Position numbers and translations under genes: made by a program
Part shown: piece by piece, positions 19,667 to 30,293 of the stretch
Layout: every line of letters starts with the position of its first letter
Position numbering within the stretch: the stretch's first letter is position 1
Notes under the pieces: generated by a model
Told to the model about the DNA's origin: nothing
The model's input: the letters and a program-made list of their open reading frames with translations, nothing else
The model's database searches: none
DNA from: an uncultured Planctomycetales bacterium
GTDB taxonomy: Bacteria; Omnitrophota; Gorgyraeia; Gygaellales; Profunditerraquicolaceae
Direction of reading: 5' to 3'
Assembly: GCA_964545575.1 (NCBI GenBank)
Contig: CAZJFL010000005.1
Coordinates: 8,617-72,616 of the forward strand
DNA length: 64,000 nucleotides

Positions 19667-20921
19667 AATAGTTCTTGAGGGAGGCGCAAGGCTTAAGGGA
19701 GAGATCACCATATCCGGCTCTAAGAACTCGGTGCTACCGATTTTAGCCGCGACTTTATTGACTGATGAACCCTGCCTGATCAGGGAAGTGCCTAATTTAC
19801 GCGACACCCATACAATGCTAAGAATCCTGCGTTCTTTAGGCAAGGCGGTGGAGTTTGATAAAGGCATAGTCGCGGTCAATCCCACAAGGCATGCCCATTT
19901 CGTGGCGGATTATAAATTGGTTTCCACCATGCGCGCTTCTTTTTGCGTCTTCGGGCCGCTCTTAGGGAAGTTAAAGAAAGCCAAGGTTTCCCTCCCCGGG
20001 GGATGCGTGATTGGTATACGGCCCGTAGACCTGCACTTAAAAGGGATGAAGGCGTTGGGCGCGGATATTAATATTGAATCAGGTTATGTGGTAGCAAAAG
20101 CAGCGCGGCTAAAAGGCGCGCATATGTATTTAGGCGGAGTTTACGGCTCTTCGGTTTTAGCCACGGGAAACGTGATGATGGCTGCGGCTTTAGCCCGGGG
20201 CAAGACGATCATTGAATCCGCTGCCTGCGAGCCGGAAGTCATTGATTTGGCGGATTTCCTGATTAAGATGGGCGCCAGGATTAAAGGCCAGGGTACCCCG
20301 ATTATAGAAATTGAAGGCGTAAAACAACTGCAGGGGGCAGAACATACGGTTATCCCCGACCGCATTGAAGCCGGCACATTCATAGCGGCGGCGCTGATCA
20401 CCAAAGGCGATATTCTGATTAAAAACGTTTTCTACCGGCATCTGGGCGCGGTGATCGATAAATTAGAAGAGGCGGGCGCCTGGATAACTAAAACCGACCA
20501 CTCCCTGCGCGTGCGTTTAAAAAGAAGGATCAGCCCGATCAATATTACCACACTTCCTTATCCGGGATTCCCTACTGATATGCAGGCGCAAGTGATGAGT
20601 TTAATGACCGTCACCCCGGGTATAAGCGTGATTACCGAAAAGATTTATCCGGACCGGTTCATGCACGTAGCCGAGCTTAACCGTATGGGCGCGCATATCC
20701 AGAGGGAGGGGCCGCATGCGATTGTGGAAGGCATCAAATATCTTTCGGGAGCGCCGGTGATGGCCTCGGACTTACGCGCCTCGGCCAGCCTTTTACTTGC
20801 CGGTTTAGTCGCCCGCGGTAAAACCTCGATATCCAGGATTTACCATCTGGAGCGCGGCTATGAGAATATGGATTTAAAATTAGAGCGGCTGGGAGCAAAG
20901 ATCTGGAGAGAAAAAGAATGA
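19659..20921 (+). CDS. murA: UDP-N-acetylglucosamine 1-carboxyvinyltransferase
   Basis: [24 protein letters not shown]... MurA N-terminus; 420 aa EPSP-synthase fold. Confidence 0.9.
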   Translation: MDKIVLEGGARLKGEITISGSKNSVLPILAATLLTDEPCLIREVPNLRDTHTMLRILRSLGKAVEFDKGIVAVNPTRHAHFVADYKLVSTMRASFCVFGPLLGKLKKAKVSLPGGCVIGIRPVDLHLKGMKALGADINIESGYVVAKAARLKGAHMYLGGVYGSSVLATGNVMMAAALARGKTIIESAACEPEVIDLADFLIKMGARIKGQGTPIIEIEGVKQLQGAEHTVIPDRIEAGTFIAAALITKGDILIKNVFYRHLGAVIDKLEEAGAWITKTDHSLRVRLKRRISPINITTLPYPGFPTDMQAQVMSLMTVTPGISVITEKIYPDRFMHVAELNRMGAHIQREGPHAIVEGIKYLSGAPVMASDLRASASLLLAGLVARGKTSISRIYHLERGYENMDLKLERLGAKIWREKE

Positions 20922-21481
20922 TTTTAATGATCGATAATTACGATTCTTTCACCTACAACCTGGTGCAGTATTTAGGGGAATTAGGGCGGGAGGTTTGTGT
21001 TTACCGTAATGACAAAATAACCCTGAATCAGATCAGGAAACTAAAACCCGAAAAGATTTTAATTTCTCCCGGCCCCGGCAGGCCGGAAGATGCCGGGATT
21101 TCCTGCGCCGTGATCAGGGAATTCGCCGGTAAAATCCCCCTTTTAGGGGTCTGCCTCGGTCATCAGGCCATCGGCTATGTTTACGGGGGAAAGATCGTCG
21201 GCGCAAAGAAGCTGATGCACGGCAAAACCTCACCAATTTATCACGCTCGGAAAGGGTTATTCAAAGGGCTGCCCAATCCTTTCCTGGCTACGCGCTATCA
21301 CTCCCTGATTGTAGAGAAAAAATCATTACCGAGGGACCTCTTGATCACGGCCTGGACTAAAGAGGGAGAGATTATGGGCCTTAAACACAAGAAATATCCG
21401 CTTTGGGGAGTGCAGTTTCATCCGGAATCTATTTTAACGCCGGCCGGCAAAGACCTGTTGGCTAACTTCTTAAGACAATGA
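20918..21481 (+). CDS. trpG: anthranilate synthase component II (glutamine amidotransferase) TrpG
   Basis: Class I GATase catalytic triad context (GVCLGHQAI ... HPE); first gene of the trpGDCFBA cluster. Confidence 0.8.
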   Translation: MILMIDNYDSFTYNLVQYLGELGREVCVYRNDKITLNQIRKLKPEKILISPGPGRPEDAGISCAVIREFAGKIPLLGVCLGHQAIGYVYGGKIVGAKKLMHGKTSPIYHARKGLFKGLPNPFLATRYHSLIVEKKSLPRDLLITAWTKEGEIMGLKHKKYPLWGVQFHPESILTPAGKDLLANFLRQ

Positions 21482-22485
21482 TCAAAGACTTGATTGCTGA
21501 ATTAGCGCAAAAAAAAGATTTAAGCCCCGAGCAGATGCAGCAGGCAATGGAGGAGATTTTAACTGGCGCAACCGCAACCGCCGATATCATCGAATTCCTG
21601 GCTTATCTTAATGATAAGGGAGAAACAGTCGAAGAGCTGACTGCGGCAGTTAAGGTGATGTTGAAATATGTCGACCCGATTATCGTGGATAAGCCAAATA
21701 TCCTGGATACCTGCGGCACCGGAGGCGACAAAAAAGGGACATTTAATATTTCTACGATCAGCGCAATTGTCGCCAGTGGCGCAGGCGTAACTGTGGCTAA
21801 ACACGGCAACCGTTCGGTTTCCAGTAAATGCGGCAGCGCCGATATACTGGAGGCATTAGGCGTCAATATCGCCATGGATAAGGAAAAAATAAAAAAGTGC
21901 CTCCAAGAGATAGGCATTGCTTTTCTTTTTGCCCCCAGTTTACACCCGGCAATGCAACAGGTAATGCCGGCAAGGAAGCAAATGGCTCAAAAAACCATGT
22001 TTAATATACTCGGGCCTTTAATCAATCCGGCCAGAGCCACTAACCAGTTAATCGGAGTTTATAGTCCGGAGTGGACCAAGATCCTGGCGCGCGTTTTGTC
22101 TAATTTTGGCACGCTGCATGTCTTGGTGGTACACGGCAAAGACGGATTAGATGAGGTGACGACTACGGATAAAACTTTTGTCTGTGAAGCTAATAGAGGG
22201 GTTTTCAGGGATTATGAGATCGCTCCCGAAGATTTCGGTTTCCGGCGGGCAAAAATTGAAGATTTAATAGGCGGGGGCATTTCGGAGAATGTCCAAATCG
22301 TGCTGGATATACTCGGCGGTAAAGCTGGTCCTAAGCGCGACATTGTGCTTTTAAACGCCGGGTGCGCCATCTATGCGGCGGATAAAGCCGCCTCGATTAA
22401 TGCAGGGATAAAACTGGCGGTGGAGGCCATAGGTTCGGGAAAGGCGCTTCGGAAATTAGAATTATTAAAGAAATATTCTCAATGA
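21478..22485 (+). CDS. trpD: anthranilate phosphoribosyltransferase TrpD
   Basis: [26 protein letters not shown]...[15 protein letters not shown] motifs. Confidence 0.9.
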   Translation: MIKDLIAELAQKKDLSPEQMQQAMEEILTGATATADIIEFLAYLNDKGETVEELTAAVKVMLKYVDPIIVDKPNILDTCGTGGDKKGTFNISTISAIVASGAGVTVAKHGNRSVSSKCGSADILEALGVNIAMDKEKIKKCLQEIGIAFLFAPSLHPAMQQVMPARKQMAQKTMFNILGPLINPARATNQLIGVYSPEWTKILARVLSNFGTLHVLVVHGKDGLDEVTTTDKTFVCEANRGVFRDYEIAPEDFGFRRAKIEDLIGGGISENVQIVLDILGGKAGPKRDIVLLNAGCAIYAADKAASINAGIKLAVEAIGSGKALRKLELLKKYSQ

Positions 22486-23273
22486 TGAATAAAACGGACT
22501 GCTTGAAAGGAATCGTCTTAAAAAAGAAAGAAAGGGTAACACTGGCCAAGCAATCCTTCCCGGAGGAAGTATTAAAGGAGAAACTCGCGGGGTTGCCGGC
22601 TACGCGCGGCTTTAGAGAAGCGATCAATAAGCCCCGGGAAATATCCCTGATCGCAGAGATAAAGAGGCAATCTCCTTCTGCGGGGGTGATCTCAGGCGAT
22701 TTTAACCCCGCCCAGATCGCCAAAACCTATCAAGAGGCAGGAGTCCAGGCAATCTCCGTATTAACCGAGGAGGACTTTTTCGGCGGGAGTCCGGCTTATC
22801 TTAACGAGGTAAAAAATGCGGCGGATGTTGCGGTATTAAGAAAGGATTTTATTTTAGAGCCTTATCAGGTTTATGAGTCCAGGGTTTACGGGGCAGATGC
22901 CATACTTTTGATCGCCGGCCTCTTAACCCGGGAAACTTTATCGGAATTAATGGGGTTGGCAGATAGCTTAGGCCTGGAGTATTTAGTGGAAGTCCACGAC
23001 GAAAAAGAATTAAAAAAGGTCCTCAATCTAGGAGTCCCGCTGATCGGGATAAATAACCGCAATCTGCATACTCTGGAGGTGGATTTTAAAACTACGGAAA
23101 AACTTTTCCTGCTTATTCCTAAAGATAAAATAGTGGTGGTGGAAAGCGGGATAAAGAGTTATCAGGATGTGCTCTTTTTGAAAATCTTAGGGATTAAGGC
23201 AGTACTGGTGGGCGAGGCGATTATGCGCGCAGAAGATAAGAAGAAAAAGATCGCAGAGCTGATGGGATGGTAA
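22482..23273 (+). CDS. trpC: indole-3-glycerol phosphate synthase TrpC
   Basis: IAEIKRQSPSAG ... GINNRNL ... TIM-barrel IGPS motifs. Confidence 0.85.
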   Translation: MMNKTDCLKGIVLKKKERVTLAKQSFPEEVLKEKLAGLPATRGFREAINKPREISLIAEIKRQSPSAGVISGDFNPAQIAKTYQEAGVQAISVLTEEDFFGGSPAYLNEVKNAADVAVLRKDFILEPYQVYESRVYGADAILLIAGLLTRETLSELMGLADSLGLEYLVEVHDEKELKKVLNLGVPLIGINNRNLHTLEVDFKTTEKLFLLIPKDKIVVVESGIKSYQDVLFLKILGIKAVLVGEAIMRAEDKKKKIAELMGW

Positions 23274-23881
23274 GGGTTAAGATATGCGGGATAACTAATT
23301 TAGAAGATGCGCTGAATGCGGTAGACGCCGGGGCCGATGCGTTGGGGTTTGTCTTCTATAAAAAAAGCCCGCGCTATATTACGCCAGATGATGCCGGGGA
23401 TATAACTAAAAGGTTACCGGCAAGCACGATAAAGGTCGGGGTATTTGTGAATGCGAGGGAAAAGTCGATTAAAAGAATTGCCAGAATCTGCGGGTTAAAT
23501 ATGCTTCAGTTTCACGGGGACGAATCGCCCGAGTTTTGCAGTAGATTTCAGGGGTATAAAATCATTAAGGCCTCCCGCATCAAAGGTGCGCTGGATATCC
23601 TTAAGATATTAAGATATAAGCCATATGCTTATCTTTTTGATACCTGGGTGAGTAATAAGGCAGGGGGCACAGGAAAGAGATTTAACTGGAGTTTGTTGAA
23701 GAATTTTAGTAAGATAGGGCGTAGGATATTCTTATCCGGCGGCCTTAATGCCACAAATGTAAAACAGGCTATAAATATAGTGCATCCTGAGTGGGTGGAT
23801 GCCTCAAGCGGAGTTGAGGTGAGGTCGGGTAAAAAGGACACGCGGAAATTAAAAAAATTTATTCAGGCGGCTAAATTATGA
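23267..23881 (+). CDS. trpF: phosphoribosylanthranilate isomerase TrpF
   Basis: [12 protein letters not shown] ... LQFHGDE ... [10 protein letters not shown]. Confidence 0.85.
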   Translation: MVRVKICGITNLEDALNAVDAGADALGFVFYKKSPRYITPDDAGDITKRLPASTIKVGVFVNAREKSIKRIARICGLNMLQFHGDESPEFCSRFQGYKIIKASRIKGALDILKILRYKPYAYLFDTWVSNKAGGTGKRFNWSLLKNFSKIGRRIFLSGGLNATNVKQAINIVHPEWVDASSGVEVRSGKKDTRKLKKFIQAAKL

Positions 23882-25062
23882 AATTACCGGATAAATCAGG
23901 ACATTTTAACGGCTTTGGCGGCAGGTTTGTGCCGGAAACGCTGATTTTTGCCTTAGACGAATTAGAGAAAGAATATTGCCGGGCGAGAAGCGATAAAAAG
24001 TTTAAGCAGGAGCTCGCCTATTATCTTAAAGAATATGCCGGCCGGCCCACGCCCTTATACCTGGCGCGGAACTTAAGCCAAGAACTGGGTATTTCTAAGG
24101 TCTACCTTAAACGCGAAGACCTCCTGCATACCGGCGCCCATAAGATCAATAATACTTTGGGGCAGGGGCTGCTTGCGCTGCGCATGAAAAAGCCGCGCGT
24201 CATTGCCGAGACCGGAGCAGGCCAGCACGGAGTGGCGACCGCTACCGTGGCAGCATTGTTCGGATTAAAGTGCGATGTCTATATGGGCGAGGAGGATATA
24301 GAACGGCAGAAGCTTAACGTATTCCGGATGAAACTCTTGGGGGCGCGGGTGATACCGGTAGCAAGCGGGGCTAAGACTTTAAAAGACGCGATGACTGAGG
24401 CATTAAGAGATTGGGTAACTAACGTGCGCCATACCCATTATATAATAGGTAGCGTAGCCGGCCCCCATCCCTATCCGGCGATGGTCAGGGATTTTCAATC
24501 TATAATCGGGCAAGAAGCAAAAAAGCAGGTCTTAGCTAAAGAAAAGCGGCTTCCGGATTATCTGATTGCTTGTGTCGGCGGCGGCAGCAACGCCTTAGGA
24601 CTGTTTTATCCTTTCTTTAAAGATAAAAAAGTAAAGTTTATAGGCGTTGAAGCCGCAGGTTTAGGCTTGGCCTCTGGCAAACATTGCGCCACTTTGGTAA
24701 GCGGTAGTCCCGGAGTCCTGCACGGCTCAAAATCCGAGCTTTTAGAGGATAAATTCGGTCAGGTCAAGCCTACGCATTCCATTGCCGCGGGGTTAGATTA
24801 TCCCGGCGTAGGCCCGGAGCACGCTTATTATAAAAAAATAGGGCGTGCTGCTTATGTTGCGGTAAGCGACGAGGAGGCGCTGGAAGGATTCCGCCTGCTC
24901 TCTGAAAGCGAAGGCATAATTCCCGCGCTTGAGCCGTCGCATGCAATTGCTTATTTAAAGAAGGCGCGCCGTAAATTCAAAAAAGATTCTTTAATAATTG
25001 TCTGCCTTTCCGGAAGAGGAGATAAAGATATGTATAGCGTTTCCGGAAAATTACACTTATGA
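23878..25062 (+). CDS. trpB: tryptophan synthase beta chain TrpB
   Basis: [21 protein letters not shown] (PLP-lysine), GGGSNA motifs. Confidence 0.9.
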   Translation: MKLPDKSGHFNGFGGRFVPETLIFALDELEKEYCRARSDKKFKQELAYYLKEYAGRPTPLYLARNLSQELGISKVYLKREDLLHTGAHKINNTLGQGLLALRMKKPRVIAETGAGQHGVATATVAALFGLKCDVYMGEEDIERQKLNVFRMKLLGARVIPVASGAKTLKDAMTEALRDWVTNVRHTHYIIGSVAGPHPYPAMVRDFQSIIGQEAKKQVLAKEKRLPDYLIACVGGGSNALGLFYPFFKDKKVKFIGVEAAGLGLASGKHCATLVSGSPGVLHGSKSELLEDKFGQVKPTHSIAAGLDYPGVGPEHAYYKKIGRAAYVAVSDEEALEGFRLLSESEGIIPALEPSHAIAYLKKARRKFKKDSLIIVCLSGRGDKDMYSVSGKLHL

Positions 25063-25844
25063 ACCGTATAGAAAAAAAATTTAAGTTTTTAAAAAAGAAC
25101 GGCAAAAAAGCCTTCATTGCTTTTATTACCGCCGGCTACCCTAATTTAAAGATTACTGGGAGATTAGTGCTGGAGTTTGCCCGCCTGGGAGTGGATGTCG
25201 TAGAATTAGGCGTTCCCTTTTCCGATCCCTTAGCCGACGGCCCGCTGATCCAGGCGGCATCTGGCGCAGCCTTGCGTAAAAAAGTAAATTTGCCCAAGAT
25301 ATTAAAGTTAGTCAGAGAGATACGTAAAGATACGCAAATACCTATCTGTCTGATGACTTATTTTAACCCGATTTTCTGTTTCGGAGAGAAGAAATTTGTG
25401 GAAGAGGCGGTTTTATCCGGAGTAGACGGGGTGATTATACCTGATCTTCCTCCGGAAGAGGGCAGGCTTTTTATCGCCGCCGCTGGTAAAAAAGGGCTGG
25501 ACGTAATCTGTTTTATTTCACCGACTACTTCCCGGGCGCGTATAAAATATATATCCCGAATAGTCAAAGGTTTTATTTATTATGTTTCTCTGACCGGAGT
25601 TACCGGGCCGCGAGAGGGGCTTTCTACCGGCCTGGTCGCCCATTTAAAGGCGATCAAAAGGATCACTGCCAAGCCTGTTTGCGTAGGTTTCGGTATTTCC
25701 AATACCCGCCAGATAAGACAGCTTTACCGCCATGCCGACGGCGTAATCGTCGGAAGCGCAATCATTAAAAAAATCAGAGAGAATATCAAAAGTCCCGGAT
25801 TAGTCAGGAGAGTAGGCAGCTTTGTGCGGAGCCTAAAAAGATGA
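25059..25844 (+). CDS. trpA: tryptophan synthase alpha chain TrpA
   Basis: GYPN..., [15 protein letters not shown]..., YVSLTGVTG motifs. Confidence 0.9.
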   Translation: MNRIEKKFKFLKKNGKKAFIAFITAGYPNLKITGRLVLEFARLGVDVVELGVPFSDPLADGPLIQAASGAALRKKVNLPKILKLVREIRKDTQIPICLMTYFNPIFCFGEKKFVEEAVLSGVDGVIIPDLPPEEGRLFIAAAGKKGLDVICFISPTTSRARIKYISRIVKGFIYYVSLTGVTGPREGLSTGLVAHLKAIKRITAKPVCVGFGISNTRQIRQLYRHADGVIVGSAIIKKIRENIKSPGLVRRVGSFVRSLKR

Positions 25845-27121
25845 ATTCATTATATAAAAAGACTACTCTGGATAACGGGGTAAGGGTTATTACTTATCCT
25901 ATGGCAGAGAGGCAATCCGTAGCCATAGGCGTCTGGATGAAAGTGGGGGGCAGGTACGAATCGCGCGATAATAAGGGTATCGCCCATTTTCTGGAACATA
26001 TGTGTTTTAAGGGGAGCGAAAAATATTCCTGCCGCCGGATAAAAGAATCCATTGAGGGCAGGGGCGGGGCTTTAAACGGCTTTACTTCGGAAGAATTGAC
26101 CTGTTATCTGGCAAAAATGCCGGCCAGCCATATAAATTTGGCGTTGGATATCCTTGCGGATATGGCGATTAACCCGCTGCTGGCCGAAGATGAAATAGAA
26201 AAAGAGAGAACGGTAATTCTAGAAGAGATGAAGATGTATAAAGATCTGCCTCAGGCTTACGTCTATGATTTGCTGGATGAGCTTTTATGGCCGGATCATC
26301 CTTTAGGGATGAGTATTATCGGTTACGCCGAGTCGGTAGGAAAAATCAAAAAACAGGACATTGGCCTCTTTAAAGAAAAGTTCTACACTCCGCTTAATAT
26401 CGTGCTGAGCGCTTGCGGAAATTTAGACCACGATGACTTTACCGGTAAAGTAAAAGATATTTTTTCCGGGCTTAAAGATAAAAATATAAATACCGACCTT
26501 ACGGCAGAGGAGAAACAGGATAGCCCTAAACTGAATGTCTTTGATAAGGATACCGAGCAGACGCATTTGGCCTTAGGGTTTCATAGCCTTAAAAGAGATC
26601 ACCCCGCAAGGCACGCTTTAGGGATGCTTAATATTATACTTGGCGCTAATATGTCCAGCCGCCTTTTTGATGAATTAAGGGAGAAGAGAGGATTGTGTTA
26701 TGAAATCGGCACGCAGGTCAAACGTTTTCGGGATACCGGCGCTTTCATCGTGCATGCCGGGATGGATAACCTAAAGGTAAGCGAAGCGCTGGGTCTGATT
26801 TTAAAAGAGTTCGACAAGATCAAACGCGAGCCGGTTAGCCACGATGAGTTCGAGCGCGCCAAAGAGTTCTACCTCGGCCAGCTCATGCTTATCCTGGAAG
26901 ATACGCTGGACCATATGCTTTGGATCGGCGATTCGACCGCCGTGCTGGATAAAACCTATAGCTTGGAGGAGATAATCAGAGAAGCCAATCAAGTCAAGCC
27001 GCAGGATATCCGGGAAGTCGCCGGCAGGATATTTCAGGAAAATAATTTGAACTTAGCGCTGATCGGTCCGCTTAAAGATAGCCAGGATAAAATACGCAGC
27101 CAGCTGCATTTCAGCCCATAA
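25841..27121 (+). CDS. M16-family zinc peptidase (insulinase/PqqL-like)
   Basis: HFLEHMCFKG inverted zinc motif (HxxEH); two M16 domains; 426 aa. Confidence 0.75.
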   Translation: MNSLYKKTTLDNGVRVITYPMAERQSVAIGVWMKVGGRYESRDNKGIAHFLEHMCFKGSEKYSCRRIKESIEGRGGALNGFTSEELTCYLAKMPASHINLALDILADMAINPLLAEDEIEKERTVILEEMKMYKDLPQAYVYDLLDELLWPDHPLGMSIIGYAESVGKIKKQDIGLFKEKFYTPLNIVLSACGNLDHDDFTGKVKDIFSGLKDKNINTDLTAEEKQDSPKLNVFDKDTEQTHLALGFHSLKRDHPARHALGMLNIILGANMSSRLFDELREKRGLCYEIGTQVKRFRDTGAFIVHAGMDNLKVSEALGLILKEFDKIKREPVSHDEFERAKEFYLGQLMLILEDTLDHMLWIGDSTAVLDKTYSLEEIIREANQVKPQDIREVAGRIFQENNLNLALIGPLKDSQDKIRSQLHFSP

Positions 27122-27134
27122 GAGGGATTAGCAA

Positions 27135-28166
27135 ATGGTTTTATTATTTCCGTTGCCGTTAATATTGATATTTTTACTGGTTCTGGCTCTTTTATCTTTT
27201 TTCTTTTCCGCTTCTGAAACCGCCATCATCGGCTTAAGCAAGATCAGGCTGCGCAATATGATCCGTAAAGGCATAAAACGGGCCCAGAGTATACAGAACC
27301 TGATTACCAAGCTGGATAAGTTCATCGCAGCCATCCTTATAGGTAATGATTTCGTAAACATCGCAATTTCTGCCATTGTCACCGCAATATTCGTTCAGGT
27401 CTTCGGTTACCGCTGGGGCGTGGTCATCGCTACTTTTAGTTCTACTTTCTTCGTCCTTATCCTCTGCGAAATAACTCCTAAAATATTAGCCATCAAGCAT
27501 GCTGAAAAAATAGCCCTTTTTACCGCCCCAATTATGGAATTATTTATTCGCGTCTTCAAGCCGATTATCCTGATTTTTACGGTAACCAGCAGCGTGATCT
27601 TAAGGGTATTCGGCATAAAGCCGGTAAAGCGCTCTCCGTTGATTACTGAAGAGGAATTGCGCATGATGATCGAGGTAGGCAAGGAGGAGGGTGTTTTAAG
27701 CGAGCAGGAAAGGAAGATGCTGCATCGTATCTTTGAATTTGGCGATACTAAGGTAGCCGACGTGATGGTACCGAAGGGAAAAATCATCGCAGTCAATATA
27801 AACTCTAGCGCCGAAGAAGTACTAAACATCTTTGCCGAAGAGGGCCACGCCAGGCTTCCGGTTTATTCCGGGTCTATCGATAATATCGTAGGCATGCTTT
27901 ATGCCCGCGACCTGCTTTATATCTTAAAGGACAAGGGATTATTTTTATTGCAGGATTTATTGCATGCGATATATTTTGCTCCCGGAAATATGCGCGTAAA
28001 TGAGCTTCTGATTAAGTTTCAGGCCGAAAAAATACAGATTGCAGTCATCGTGGATGATAAGAAAAATACCTCCGGTATAGTCACCCTTGAAGATCTGATC
28101 GAGGAAATAGTGGGGGAGGTCAAAGAAAAGCACACTAGGCATAGTTCCGGCCGCCCCAAAAATTAA
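27135..28166 (+). CDS. CNNM/HlyC-CorC-family membrane protein (DUF21 + CBS pair), apparently without the C-terminal CorC_HlyC domain
   Basis: 4-TM DUF21 N-terminus; tandem CBS modules (VADVMVPKGKIIAV..., VIVDDKKNTSGIVTLEDLIEEIVGE). Confidence 0.7.
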   Translation: MVLLFPLPLILIFLLVLALLSFFFSASETAIIGLSKIRLRNMIRKGIKRAQSIQNLITKLDKFIAAILIGNDFVNIAISAIVTAIFVQVFGYRWGVVIATFSSTFFVLILCEITPKILAIKHAEKIALFTAPIMELFIRVFKPIILIFTVTSSVILRVFGIKPVKRSPLITEEELRMMIEVGKEEGVLSEQERKMLHRIFEFGDTKVADVMVPKGKIIAVNINSSAEEVLNIFAEEGHARLPVYSGSIDNIVGMLYARDLLYILKDKGLFLLQDLLHAIYFAPGNMRVNELLIKFQAEKIQIAVIVDDKKNTSGIVTLEDLIEEIVGEVKEKHTRHSSGRPKN

Positions 28167-28178
28167 TTATATTTTTTC

Positions 28179-28207
28179 TTGACATTATTTATTAAATATG
28201 ATAAAGT
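28179..28207 (+). promoter_or_regulatory. candidate sigma70 promoter TTGACA-17-TAAAGT upstream of the 28234 membrane protein
   Basis: cttgacattatttattaaatatgataaagt read directly. Confidence 0.4.
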
Positions 28208-28233
28208 TAGACAAAATATAAAGGAGGTGGAAG

Positions 28234-28911
28234 ATGAGTAATTGGAATGCAGTTTTAGTGGAACCAGCCAAGCTCGTGCTTTTCCAGATCGGGCAGTTCC
28301 TAGTGAGCGTGCTTCTGGTAATTATTATCCTCATCATTGGTTGGTTGATCGCAAAACTCATCAAAGCACTGGTTATAAAGGTGCTAAGGGTGGCGAAACT
28401 CGATGACCTTTCCGACCGTATCGAGTTGGATAGCTTGTTAGCCAAGGGCGGCATCGGATATTCGCTTTCCGAACTGATCGGCGCGATTTGCTACTGGCTG
28501 GCGCTTTTAGTCACCTTCATGGTCGCTATCAATGCTATAGGTTTAACTATTGCTGCGGACCTGTTGAATAAGATAGTCCTCTATATACCTAATATTATTG
28601 CGGCAATATTCATCCTGATATTGGGTATGTTTATATCTACAATCGTGAGGAATATCGTTCAGACAGCAGCTAATAACGCGGGCCTGGATTATGCTAAGGT
28701 TTTAGCAAAAATAGTTGATATCGCGGTGATGGTTTTTGCAGTAGCCATTGCTTTGGAACAGCTCAACATCGGCTCCAGCATGATTCAGCTAACCATCAGT
28801 GTAATATTAGGCGCTATAGGTTTAGCCATAGCTTTAGCCTTCGGCTTAGGCTGCAAAGATATCGCGGCTAAGTCTATGTCAGAGTTTATTGATAAGCTAA
28901 AAAAGAAATAA
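28234..28911 (+). CDS. small multi-TM membrane protein, possibly a TM-helix-repeat (mechanosensitive-channel-associated, PF05552-like) protein
   Basis: 225 aa, 4-5 predicted TM helices with repeated A/I/L-rich helices; no enzymatic motifs. Confidence 0.45.
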   Translation: MSNWNAVLVEPAKLVLFQIGQFLVSVLLVIIILIIGWLIAKLIKALVIKVLRVAKLDDLSDRIELDSLLAKGGIGYSLSELIGAICYWLALLVTFMVAINAIGLTIAADLLNKIVLYIPNIIAAIFILILGMFISTIVRNIVQTAANNAGLDYAKVLAKIVDIAVMVFAVAIALEQLNIGSSMIQLTISVILGAIGLAIALAFGLGCKDIAAKSMSEFIDKLKKK

Positions 28912-28933
28912 TGTTGGTTGTTTGAAACCTATT

Positions 28934-28976
28934 TAACCCCCTGCTCTCGTTTTGAGGGCAGGGGGTTAATATTTTT
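28934..28976 (+). terminator. rho-independent terminator (AACCCCCTGC ... GCAGGGGGTT stem, then AATATTTTT)
   Basis: Inverted repeat plus T run read directly after the 28234 gene. Confidence 0.6.
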
Positions 28977-29000
28977 AGGGCGGCTTTTTAAAAAAAACCT

Positions 29001-30293
29001 ATGCTTTTCATAAAAAAAACGCCGGTAGAGCTATCCATAATATTGCCTGTATGCAATGAAGAAAAGAACTTGGCCGTCCTTCTCCCTGATCTTAAAAAAA
29101 AATTACAGGCCTGTGTAAAGTCGTTTGAAATTATTGTAGTTGATGCCGGCTCCAAAGATAATAGCGTAAGCATTGCTAGCAACTTAGGGGCTAAGGTATT
29201 TGTGCAGAAGCAGAAAAAATTTGCAGCCGCTATTAAGGAAGGAATAGAGGCCTCTTGCGGTGAGTATGTGATAACGTTGGATGCGGACAATTCTCATCCT
29301 CCGGAACTGATCCGGGAATTGATCGATGCCATAAAAGAAGCCGATCTGGTTATCGCTTCGAGGTATATCAAAGGAGCTGTTTTCCGGACTAATATATTCA
29401 GGAGGATGGGCAGCCAGCTATTAAATAAAATCTTCAAATATATTCTTTCCCTATCCGTAAACGACTTGTCAAGCGGTTTCAGGATATACCGGCGAGAGGT
29501 ATTAAAGGGCATTCAAATAGAATCGCAGGGTTTTGACATAGAATTAGAGACACTCATAAAAATAATTAGTGCCGGTTGGTGTGTTAAGGAAATTCCGTTA
29601 TCATACAAAAAAAGATTGTTCGGACGATCAAAGGCGAGCTGGAGTAATTGCGTAGCATTTTTTAAAACGTGCATTAGGATGTATAAATTAAGGAATTCTA
29701 TACTTTCAGGCGACTATGATGACCGTGCTTCTAGCAGTAAATTATTGCTGCAGAGGCTCTGGCATAAATATAAAGATAGGATGGCATTTGAATATGTAAA
29801 AAAGGAAGCATTCTCTCTGGATGCCGGATGCGGTTCGGGAAGCTTTATCCAGAATTTTAGTAACGTTGTAGGCTTAGATACGGATATGAATAAGGCACGA
29901 TACCTTAAGCGCGCCAAAGGATTAAAAAATCATATTCCGTTAGGAAGCATCACGGATATGCCCTTTAAAAACGAAACGTTTGAGCAGGTTATGTGCTCAG
30001 AGGTTATAGAGCATGTCCCTAAAGTAGGCAGGGTATTTCGGGAGTTCTGGCGAGTGCTTAAACCTAATGGCAGACTGATTATTACCACGCCGGATTATGG
30101 CCGGCCTATTTGGCCTTTTTTCGAATGGTTTTACCATAAGGCCATACCGGATGGTTATGCGGATCAGCATATCAGCCATTATGATTATAACGAATTACAG
30201 CGATTACTCAAAGACAATAATTTCGAGATCATCGACCACAGGTCTTTTCTTGGCGCTATAATTATTCTGAAAGCAAAAAAGCGTGGCGCCTAA
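29001..30293 (+). CDS. bifunctional GT2 polyprenyl-phosphate glycosyltransferase (DPM1/ArnC-like) fused to a class I SAM-dependent methyltransferase
   Basis: N-terminus LSIILPVCNEE...VVDAGSKDNS...LDADNSHPP (GT2 DxD context); C-terminus LDAGCGSGSF...VMCSEVIEHVP...LKPNGRLIITTPD (Methyltransf_11-like). Confidence 0.7.
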   Translation: MLFIKKTPVELSIILPVCNEEKNLAVLLPDLKKKLQACVKSFEIIVVDAGSKDNSVSIASNLGAKVFVQKQKKFAAAIKEGIEASCGEYVITLDADNSHPPELIRELIDAIKEADLVIASRYIKGAVFRTNIFRRMGSQLLNKIFKYILSLSVNDLSSGFRIYRREVLKGIQIESQGFDIELETLIKIISAGWCVKEIPLSYKKRLFGRSKASWSNCVAFFKTCIRMYKLRNSILSGDYDDRASSSKLLLQRLWHKYKDRMAFEYVKKEAFSLDAGCGSGSFIQNFSNVVGLDTDMNKARYLKRAKGLKNHIPLGSITDMPFKNETFEQVMCSEVIEHVPKVGRVFREFWRVLKPNGRLIITTPDYGRPIWPFFEWFYHKAIPDGYADQHISHYDYNELQRLLKDNNFEIIDHRSFLGAIIILKAKKRGA